Source: Lytechinus pictus (lineage: Eukaryota). From it: a DNA stretch of 64,000 nucleotides. The position numbers were made by a program, and so were the translations under genes. Of the stretch, positions 43,701 to 55,700 are shown piece by piece; position 1 is the first letter of the stretch, and each line of letters opens with the position of its first letter. Location: contig NC_087263.1 of the NCBI RefSeq assembly GCF_037042905.1, forward strand, positions 15,564,001-15,628,000, written 5' to 3'. The notes under the pieces are model-generated. The model saw only the letters and a program-made list of their open reading frames with translations. It ran no database searches and was not told the DNA's origin.

Positions 43701-46700
43701 GATGTGCAAGACTTCAAAGTAAAAAGTCAGCTAGCGGTGCGGTCGACAAAATGCCTGTTTCCCTGTCTAACCACTTTAATCTATTACTTTGCAGCCATGG
43801 TTCAATACTTGACACCACCTTTGACCAATCAGAGGAATGAATTATTTGCCATTCCTAAAGACAGGGTTGTATCATAATTTTTCCTGGTTTTATGATTATT
43901 TCTAATCTAGTGCATGAACCAAACGGACTATCTGTGATGGTGACTGATCAGTCAGCCTCCATGATCCACCTTACCATAACTCCGCCGTTCGAAGATCCCC
44001 AGAGATACGACGGGTACTACGCCCGAGTACGCGTAGGTGGCTTGACCGACTTCTCGAGTCCGGTCGCACAACGCATCACGGTCGCGAAGTCTGCATGCCC
44101 GGAGCTGTGGGTCAAGAACCTAGAACCTGACACATTGTACGATGTTGAGATTGAGTGGTACAGTGGCTTGGATATCAGTGAGCCATTGATGATTTCAACC
44201 AGCACGGGTAAGCAACAAACCTTTTCCTTTCGTGTTCAAATATCTGACCAGTGTTTCGTAAAGCATATTTTCAGTGATTTTTCATGGACAACTCTTGCTC
44301 CGAGTCAATCTTATGCAAAGATTGCAGGGGCTTATAAAAGATGGTGTTAAATGGAGTTAGACCTATTCCTTACTGGAATTCTTACAAACTGTTTGATGAG
44401 CAATTAGACTAACTGGGTAGTAGACAAACTATAATTGATTAAATAAAAAAAACATTCTGGTGCTATTTTTTTCAGCTCACAAGCAAACATTTGCTTCATT
44501 GTGTACAGTTTAAATCTGACCCTTTGGCAATATCAGGGGCACTTTTTTAGTTTTTCAGGTACAGTTGAGGCCAGAAGCTTACATACATGTACACCCAGGA
44601 AATTCAAAGAAAAGTTGACACTTGCCAATATTTTAACTTGCAATATCCCATCACTTGTGTTTCTCTCACAGTTGCTGCCGCACCGCTGGAAATAAGCGTG
44701 ATCGAGCTGGGTACAGACTCCATGACCGTGTCGTGGCAGGAAGGAACGGGATCCTTCTCAAATTACCTGGCCTCCTACACACCCGGTGGGACCACTCCGA
44801 CACTGATTGCAAGGGGAGAGCCACGGGTCCTGGACCTGACAGGTCGGGTTCCTGGAACTGCGTACACCATTACAGTTCAACAGCAAGGACAGACCTCTGA
44901 CCTTGAGACACACATCCAACTTACATGTAAGTGGACAATTCCACAGAATAGTTCTGTTCATTTTCTCAGCATAAATACAATATATTCAGTATCTACTGGA
45001 ATGAAAAACGACATGTTTAAGAGAAAAACGGAAACTGCTGAAAAGTTTATGAAAACTTGTGAGTTGTAGTTCCTAGTAAATCAAATTAATAAACATTATA
45101 TCAAGATGCTCATTCAGTGACGTGGGTGATTTTTATCAGCATAATCAAGCACTTTATAACATACATGTATTGCCGAAGTTTCGAGCAAAATTTAAGTGGA
45201 TTGCTCAATCCCAATCTCCAATACCCTGATGTATTTGTTGTAACTATTGAATGGAGAATTCTAATCTGCAGTTAATTTACAGATCCTGACATCATAATCT
45301 GTGCTCATCTTACAGATTATTTTTATTTTCGAAGTATTTCTATTTCAGATTTGAATTTCAAACAATAAATTATGGATTTTCATACTCCTTTTCCGTTTCA
45401 TTTTTACAGTGCCTGCAATTGTGACTGACCTAGATGTCACAGAGTTTAAACTTGCACTCGATGTTACATGGAGTGTGCCCTCTACAGGCAACTATGATGG
45501 ATATAGGGTCTGTCATTACCCAAGAGGCACTCTGGTGAGTGGTGTAGTAAGTCTCATAACATGGAAACCTGCCCCCCCTGTTCCATAGATGCAGGCTATG
45601 TTAGAGTGGAACACACTCTGTCCCTCGGATAGGACATTAAATGGAGGCCCCGTGTAGAGGAGAATCACCACTTTTGCACATTAAGAACCCACTGTCGTAT
45701 AAGAGTAGGGGGAACCCCCGGTGTAGTGGTCCACCTGCACCCCCCCCCCCTTCCAATCAGTTATATTGGGAGGGGAGACCTGCATGTCTTACAGATTCAG
45801 TTTGCTTTTCACCTCCTAGACAAAGGTGACACCAAGCAAATAATAATAATCCAATCCTGACTATGTGGTATAGTAGCGCCTTTTACTTGCAGTAAAAAGT
45901 GAGGGATTTCGCAATTAGATAACATGCCTGGATAACAGGTACCTTTGACGTCTTTATCCATTTAGTTCTATCATTCTGAGCATAAATAGTAATTTTTTTT
46001 ACTTGTGATACATTAAGTTTTACTTCTGCTTTACCATAAGAAATTTATTTTTTTCTTCTATTTTTGAGCAAAATCATATTTTTCACTCAAAAAGGTTCAG
46101 AAGTCGGCCATCTATTTCCACATTATTAAAACTTTCATCAGTCTGTTTTTTATAGATACATGTATATTGGATTTCTCTTTGTTTTGTTTCAGAGTTCACC
46201 TCATTCCTTGGATGGTGTCACGTCGGTCAATCTCCCTGGTTTAAATACCCTCACCTACTATCTGGTTACTGTTTCAAGTCGCATCCTTGCAACTTACGGG
46301 GAACCATCCACAATCACTCGGCAGACACGTATGTTTCTTCTTTTTTTCACCTACCCGGCTTATCAGCTGATTAGGGAATAATTTCCTGATATTGCAGTGC
46401 AATTAGCTTCACATTTTTTCAATGAATGCTGCACAGCTTTCTTTGCGTAGCTATGTAATTTCATATACAATACCAACAAACAGTGCTACTAATGGACCGA
46501 TAAGTCCATCTGATTCTGAATCTTATTTTAACCCAGCAAGCCATTATACATAAATTACAAGAATTTATTCCTGCCAGGTACCCCTTACCTCACCAGGGTC
46601 GAGTGAGGCACAATGTGGATGAATTCCTTGCTGAAGGAAGTAACGCCAACGCAGGGATTAGAACCCATGCCCTTCTGATTGATCATAAAGAGTCTGAACC

Positions 46701-49700
46701 ACTAGACCTCACAATTTTTGGATGATTCAAGCCTTTATTTTGCAGTAAAGTCCAAATTACATGTAGTTCAAATCGTAGCCAATTCTATGATCGCTATGAC
46801 GTCATTACGACTAGATATTAAATTCATTCTTATTCTAATCAGGATGACAGCATAGTCACAGATTTGAACATGGTATTCGTACAATTATTTAGAACATTAC
46901 ACAGTAAGATATTCCAAACGTGATATTTGATGTCTAAACTGTAAAGTCTATGTTCGTCTCTGGGTCTATAGTCCATCTGTGTCTAATCTAATATGCGAGT
47001 GTCTGAGCCTCTACCAGAGCTGCCAAATAGTACGATTTTGTCGTATTCCATACGATTTTTCACTTAAAATACGACACTAGGATTTTTACAAATAAAATAC
47101 GATTTTTTGAAAATATAGCTATGGTAAGATCGACATTACAGAAATCCACCTCGGGCAATCATTATTGAAAAATGTTAAGTTTTGGTGGCCCGAATCGAGC
47201 AACCAATAATTTTCAAAGTAGCGCAATTTTTCTCCCAATTTTGCACCATTTATCAACTTTATACAGTTCAAATTGCAACCAATTCGTCATGCGCCCTTTT
47301 TGTTGATCTACACACAAATACACACACACATGACAGTACATAGGCTTACCGCTCTAGCATACAGTAGCTATTATCCAGCCGGCCGGCTGGCGTGCGTGAG
47401 CTTTGCATGAAACCACTGCAGCTACATGTAGCTATCTGTGCGCTATCAGCCTATTCAGACTCGGGGAGCTACGATACGAAATGTTGCTGCTAAGATATCT
47501 TCCACAGAACTTTGAAAATCTATTTGCAAGCATTAAAAACAGGAATTTTGACCTCTCTTTTGACTCAAAAAGACCGATTTCCAAATGTATTAGTACACAT
47601 AAAAACACATAGGTGAGTACATCACAGTCCCATATGTGCATTTGTATGTATGCTGATACTTGGTTTCTTTCGAAGCTGTGTCTTTTCTAGCAAAAAATAA
47701 GCAGACAGTTTTTTGTCTCACCTGCATAGCAGAGTGAGACTATAGGCGCCGCTTTTCCGACGGCGGCGGCGACGGCGGCGGCGGCGGTGGCGTCAACACC
47801 AAATCTTAACCTGAGGTTAAGTTTTTGAAATGACAGCATAACTTAGAAAGTATATGGACCTAGTTCATGAAACTTATACATAAGGTTAATCAAGTATCAC
47901 TGAACATCCTGCATGAGTTTCATGTCACATGACCAAGGTCAAAGGTCATTTAGGGTCAATGAACTTTGGCCGAATTGGGGGTATCTGTTGAATTACCATC
48001 ATAACTTTGAAAGTTTATGGATCTGATTCATGAAACTTGGACATATTAATAGTAATCAAGTATTACTGAACATCCTGTGCAAGTTTCAGGTCACATGATC
48101 AAGGTCAAAGGTCATGTAAGGTCAAAGAACTTTGGCCACGTCGGGGGTATTTGTTGAATTGCCATCATATCTCTATAAGTGTATTGGTCTAGTTCATAAA
48201 ATGTGGAAATACGAGTAACCAAGTATCACTGAACATCTTGTGCGAGTTATAGTAGTTTTCAAAATCAGCACTGCTGCTATATTGAATCGCGTGATGCAGG
48301 TGAGACGGCCAGAGGCATTCCACTTGTTTGTTTATAAATGACTTCTTAAACCACTCTTCAGAAAGAAAATACTTTGGGAAGGCATTTCTTTGAAATGAAA
48401 TGTGATTTTTTCAAATATTTTCTTTATATTTTGGGGTCACCAAACTTTAATATCGAGCCACCAAAAAAAATAATTTGAAGGTTTTGGTGGCCCGAATGGG
48501 CACCACCAAAAATAGTTAATGTGGAACCTTGCCTGTCGGATGTAAAAATTACAGTGAGCACAACAAAATAATGAGATGTATAGTAGGAAAGTACACGACG
48601 GGTATGAATAGGATTTTTTGTCTAAAAATAGGATTTTTTGGGTGAAATAATAGGATTTTTTGTCTAAAAATAGGATTTTTTGGGTGAAATAATAGGATTT
48701 TTTGTCAAGTGTGGTTGGCAGCTCTGCTCTACTCTGTATGTGTCCATCTTATAATCAAGAATTCTTATTTATATCATTTGTATTGGGGGTGTAACAATTT
48801 AAGGTGGGAGTGATCTAAACATGCTCTGATTGGTCTACAGGTTAATGTCTATCAAACTTCCTCAGGTATAAGGGGTGTGGTGATGCTCTATGAAGTAACT
48901 GGGGCTGGTAGTATGGGTCATACTTGGAACTTTTGTTCCTTAAAGTTAGCTGAGAGTTGGTCTTTTATGGTCAGGGTTTAGGATTAAAATGGTAATGGGG
49001 GTTTGGGGATTCTAAGATGTCATTGGGGGAGTTTTTAACAAGTGAAGGTGAATGGCCTAAATGATTTTAACAGGAAGTTAACAACGTACTACATAACATC
49101 ATTACAAATGCTGTATGATTTATTATCCTTTGTGCAGTGATTGGCGATCCCGGAGACATCAATATTGCTCCCGAAGATGTCGAGACCGAATCGATCAAAA
49201 TTACCTGGGTTACAGTCGATACAATCACAAGGTAAGTACTGTGGTTTATTTCAAGTTCGTTATTCATTTTAGTATTAGGGGGTGTTGCAAGAAAATATTT
49301 GCAATCAATTTCAAATTTCTGATGCAACTTTACAATTTAGGATTGGTAAGGTCAGGCGACTACTCGACCAAGCCTCTACCGAAAAACTCATTCATGCCTT
49401 CGTCTCATCCCATCTAGACTACTGCAACTCCCTCTTTCTTCCATCTCTCCCCTCCAGCGAATCCTCAACACTGCAGCGAGAATGGTAACCTTGAGCAAGA
49501 AACACGAACACATCACCCCTATTCTCTGATCACTTCATTGGCTTCCGGTTCACTCTCGCATAACGTTCAAATTCTACTCATTGTATACAAAATTACCCAT
49601 AATATGTCGCCCAAATATCTCCAAGACCTTATTTCCCTTCATTCTTCCTCTTCTGTCAGATCCCTACGTTCATCATATTCCAATAGTTTAATTCATGGCC

Positions 49701-52700
49701 CTCGCACTATACTAAGACCCGATATGGTGATCGTGCATTTTCTGTAATTGCTCCCACCCTCTGGAATAAACTCCCAACTCGTATCCAAAATGCTCCCTCC
49801 GTGGAAATTTTCAAATCGTCACTTAAAACTCACCTTTTCTCATAACTTTTTTTCTTTTCCTTTTTTGTTTTTTAATGGATTGACTGTATATTATTATAAT
49901 CTGCCAACCTGTGTGCTTTGAAACACACACCAGTATAAAGCGCCCTACAAATATTATTATTATTATCATTATTATTAATTGATAGATAAATTTTAACTAA
50001 CTAAAAGTAAATCACTTTATATTTGTACAAGAAGCAGTCCATCAATCAGTTGCAAATTTGCAATGACATGCATGACTATCAATTGATTTTTGGACCTGCA
50101 ATTGACTTCCAATCAATTCCAAGTTTCATGCAACACCCCATTAGTGTTAGAAGCAATAGGGATATGAGACATCAATAAAATGTCTTCCAACTACATGTAC
50201 ACAACAGTTTTTGGCAACAACGTGCTATTGTCCAACAAGATTATTGAAAAAAAAATTGCGCAAAATGATCTTTTCCAAAAGTTACCTATGTTACTCGGAC
50301 AAGCTCGTCAAATCCTAACACTTGCTCATGACATAAATAACTTATTATGATGTCATATAACATTTCTGATGATGTCTTGATGGATTCATTATGTTGTTAT
50401 GAATTAGTCTTGGCATCTTTGTTATTGAGACATGTATTCCACGTTCATTAGCATGAAATATGAAAAATGCTGCTGAACTTTCTCTCATAATAGTACATGT
50501 ATTGTAACGATACTTAATTTATTGTGAAACAGCCCATTATGTGATGTCATAAAGATTTCATCATGATGTCGTAATTATGTCATCATCTTTGCAGGTACAC
50601 TGTTGGAGGTGGATCCCAGGCTCCACAGACTGTCACAGTTGCCTCCCAGGCGCAAGCTGAATTCACCTTCACCGGTCTGACACCAGGCACTTCGTACACA
50701 TTCTTTGTAGAACCTCAGGGGAGTCAGAGGAGGGAGAGAGAACAATCTACAAGTAAGATTTGGTCAATAGTATAAAAATGATACACATCGTTGTGGGCAT
50801 TAGTAAGAATTATACACACAATCTGACACCAGGCACTTTGTACACATTAGAATCCTTGGGGAGTCAGAGGAGGGAGAGAGAACAATTTACAAGTAAGATT
50901 TAGTCAATAGTATAAAAATAATACACATCGTTGTGGGCATTAGTAAGAATTATACACCCAATCTGACACCAGGCACTTTGTACACATTAGAATCCTAGGG
51001 GAGTCAGGGGAGGGAGAGAAACAATGTACAAGTAAGATTTGGTCAATAGTATAAAAATAATGCACATCGTTGTGGGCATTAGTAAGAATTATACACCCAA
51101 TTGGACACCAGGCACTTTGTACACATTAGAATCCTAGGGGAGTCAGGGGAGGGAGAGAAACAATGTACAAGTAAGATTTGGTCAATAGTATAAAAATAAT
51201 GCACATCGTTGTGGGCATTAGTAAGAATTATACACCCAATTGGACACCAGGCACTTTGTACACATTAGAATCCCAGGGGAGTCAGAGGAGGGAGAGAGAA
51301 CAATTTACAAGTAAGATTTGGTCAATAGTATAAAAATAATACACATTGGTGTGGGCATTAGTAAGAATTATACACCCAATCTACATGTACCTTTGGAACA
51401 GTCCTTCCACCTGGAAGCATACACGTACATGTAGCTGTGGTAATAGCCATGTATGTACAGTTGTGAACTGCATGCTGATCAGAATTAAGCCAGGCAGGGG
51501 GCTGACTTAGATTTAAGCAAAATACAAATGGCTATTGAATAATAAGAACGTTAAGAATTTTACTTAAGCAGAATAATGAGTAAAATACTTAAAATCCTGG
51601 CTTAACTATAGAATTTAATACCGTCCCTGATCTTCTATATTCTATATTAGATTGTGCATTTCTTCCAGAAATACATGTATTTACATTTCCTATTGTCTCT
51701 TTTACACAGTATATTGTGCAATTATGATAAACTCTTTAGATTTTCCCAGGCAATGACATGAAACTTGAATAAACGAATAATCTTAAAGACGTCATACTAC
51801 ATTGTAGCTTTAACAAATTATTAAGTTAATAAATTACAATTTCTTCTCATTTTTAGAGCCCAGCGCCATAAGGAATCTGGTCATTGCCGTGGTTACAACC
51901 GATTCTATCACCATTACATGGGAGAGCCCTCTTACAGGTGGAGTCGACAGCTATAGAGTCATGTACTCCCCGTCAAATGGTAACCCCACGTCTCCCCATA
52001 CCATACTCGATAATGAAAACATTGCCCAGAGCCTCACGGTGACCGATCTGCTTCCGTCGACCCCTTACACGTTCACCGTGGTCGCCATTGTGGATGATTT
52101 GGTTAGCGAGCCGGTCAGCAGGGAGAGTGGTGAGTATACTTAAATAATCGGGTGCGCGAAATAAAGACGCAGGGATAGAGAAAGTGAATCAGTTGTATAT
52201 CACTATCACTTTATTATTATCTCCTTTATATCTTGGTTCACTTTTTACTCCAACACTGTCTTAAGACTTCACAAACAAGGTTCGCATAATGCATACAAGA
52301 TTGAAGATCCAACGACAAGGTTGCATGGCACATGTATGCCTACAGTCTTCAATATGAAGGGTCCTTTCCAGGACACACCCTAAAAGCCAACCAAAGAGTT
52401 TTTTCTATTCATTTTAACACATGGCCTGGTGCAGGAATACAATACAGGCTGACCTGTATTGTACATAACTTTTTTTTGTTCACGCCCTATGTGTAAAGGC
52501 CACCGCACACCTTTCGACTGTTTGCAATCCGATTTTGGAACAAATCGCATTTTGCTCATTTTCTGAGAATATGAATGGAACATATCATTTTATTAGAGGT
52601 TGAAATTGATTGAAAAAATACTAATATAACCATTTTGAAAGGTTGAAAGCCTTTATTTTGGAGTAAAGGCCAATTTAGTTTCAAATCGTAGACAATCGTA

Positions 52701-55700
52701 TGACTGCTTTGACGTCATTACGACTAGATATTAAATTTGCTTTTATTCTAAGAAGAATGATAGCATAGTCGCAGATTTGAACATAGGTATTCGTATAATG
52801 ATTTCGAACATTACACAGTAAGATATTCCATGTCTCAATATTAGCATCAAATTCTACTACAAAATCAATTCCAAAATCGGGTCGCAGACCGATCGTAAAG
52901 TAAAGTAAAGTTATGCTTGCACCTGTATTCATATCGCTACAATACTAAAGGGGAAAGTTCTCCCTGACAACAGTTGGTTTTGATAGAAAGCAGTGAAGAA
53001 ATGAACATAAATATTGGCAAGTTTGAAGATAAATCATTATAACGAAGAAGGGATTCATGACTTTTAAAGTTGTAGATTTGTGAAGTCATATGCAAGTAGC
53101 TTCCCCATATGTTGTGTAATTTTGCATTCCACAAATTTCGTTTTTTTTTATGGTCCATGATGACAAAAATATATTTGTCATGGAAGAAAGTATGAAATAA
53201 TTTGTCTGATGATGAATTGAATCCACTGCAATGGATTGGTCAAGGAACTGAAGTTTATGATTGCTCAAGCACATTCATCAGTGCAAGCAATTTTTTGCTA
53301 AGCTTTATAATTATGCCCCTGAAAGTGTTAAAGCAGCAGTGAACTACAGCAGCCTCAATAGCGCCACCTCAAGTCCTCAACTATTCACATCTGGCCAGCA
53401 TAATGCAACATTTTCAGCTGTGTACTCTTGTAATATAGGCCCACTTGAATCAGGGTTGTAATAAAAAACGTTTTTTATTTAAAAAAACAAATAAAACGTT
53501 TTTTATTGTTTTAAAACGTTTTAAATCGTTTTAAAACGTTTTTTTTTCCAACGAACGATGTAATTTTCCTGTAAATCAATTAAATTATACACTTAATACA
53601 GTATGATTTAAGCTCTTGATGTTTTAAATACATTTATGGAGTAAGTAAGAGATGACTACAATTTTTGTTACTGAATTTTCAACAGAAAAATTCATATTTT
53701 TCCCAAAATTACTAAATCAAGGAAATTGAATGCCGAAAAATTAAGTTGACATTTTATAAGTTTATTCCTCATACATGTAGTCTCAGGGTTTTTTAGTCTT
53801 GTCAATCTAGGGGGTGAGAAGAAGTTGCGCTATGTAAGAAAACAACATAATCTATAGAATATAGGCTTTCAAAGCTTAATTTCATTTACTCAATATGCTT
53901 TATTTCATTTGAATCAATTATACCAATTTTAAGTAATAATAATGATAATAATAGTCCGCTTTTATATAGCGCTTAATACATTGGAACGATGTGTCTAAGC
54001 ACTTTACAGATATATTATTAACCCAGTCATCGGATCAATCAGTCATTCCCGCACACAATGTATGCACATCCTCCACTCCCTGGGTAGTATTCCAGTCAGT
54101 CGCTAGTGAGGCGCACACAGTACTGGACAAGCTACAATGATTTTCGCATCCTACCGGGTACCCACAAGTGCATGAAATATAAGTTTGGGTTTAAATCTAT
54201 AAATATTAGGCCCTTGAACTGCTTATTTCTTTAATTGAGGAATTCTGATCAAATTGTTTTTTTCAATGTTTTTTTTAACTTGTTTTTTTATATTTCTTAT
54301 GTACAGTTTTGTGGTTACTTTTGGTTTTTTTTATAGTTTTTTAATGAAAATCATTGGCAATAATTTCCCAATCATTAACAAAAAGCACAAATATTGATAC
54401 AGATCAAATGTTGGCAAAAAATTTGCATTGGCTTTATACATGAAATCACGATATTGAGCAATTCTGGTCTGACATGCACTTGTGTAATATCATGGAGCTA
54501 TCAATGTGCTGATAGCTCCATGGTAATATCATAACCGCATATCCATGCATGTATCCAAAAAATAGTCTTGAACAATATGGCGTGGCCCTGCCGTGCTTAT
54601 GGATTTATCATAGAAATTTTTAAGGGGGCCATTACAGTCCCCTGGGATTGTTAGGGTTAAAGGTCAAATCCACCCCAGAAAAATGTTAATTTGAATCAGT
54701 AGAAAAAATTCAAACAAGCATAATGCTGAAAATTTCATCGAAATCGGATGTGAAATAAGAAAGTTACGACATTTTAAAGTTTCGCTTATTTTTCACAAAA
54801 CATTTATAACAACTCAGTGATGTGCAAATGAGAGAGTTGATGATGTCCCTCACTCACTATTTCTTTTGTTTTTTTAATTGTTTGAACAATACAATATTTC
54901 AATTTATACAGATTTGATAATAATGACCAACTTGACTGAACCAAAAAATGTTAAAACAATTGTAGTTCCACTCATGTTCAGGGAGGAAAAAACTATATTT
55001 TACATGACAATGAGAAAAAAACGACATACAAAATAAATAGTGAGTGATGTCATCAGTCCCCTCATTTGCATACCAACCAGGATGCGCATATAACTGTTTT
55101 GCGAAATTAAGCGAAACTTTAAAATGTCATCACTTTATTATTTTACATCCGCTTTGATTAAATTTTCAGCATAATACCTTTTTCTTGGGGTGGACTTGTC
55201 CTTTAAGGTTTGCTAGCTGATCATCTTATTATAAATTAAACTACTTTTCTTCATCTTTACGAAGCGCAAAGTTTCACCTACTTTAGTGTGTACCTCAAGG
55301 TTACAATGTCAGTTATACTGTCTATTTGCAAAATATTATTGTGCTTGTGCAACACTTCCATTTCATTCAAGTACTACTATTACATATTTGAGCTTATTTT
55401 TAATAGTGTTTCTTTCCCTGTCTAAAAGTGAGCACAACACTCAAATGCTTGTTAAAATGAGAAATATAGATTGATGTACATAATTGAACAGGAGGAAAGG
55501 AACACGACAAAGCAATGGAAAAAGGGAGAAGGGGGGAAAGAGAGAGGAGAAAAAGAGTGGTGTTGAGAAAGAGATTTAGTTAGAAGAAAATAATATACCA
55601 CTTAAGAAATAAAAGTATAAAAAAATATATTCATGTAAAATCACATCCATGCATATTCATAACACACAAGTCTATGAGGCGTTTTAAATCACGTTTTTTT

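Noticed and set aside
50677..51382. CRISPR-like array
   Set aside because: Whole units repeat with no unique spacers; eukaryotic intron context; no cas genes.
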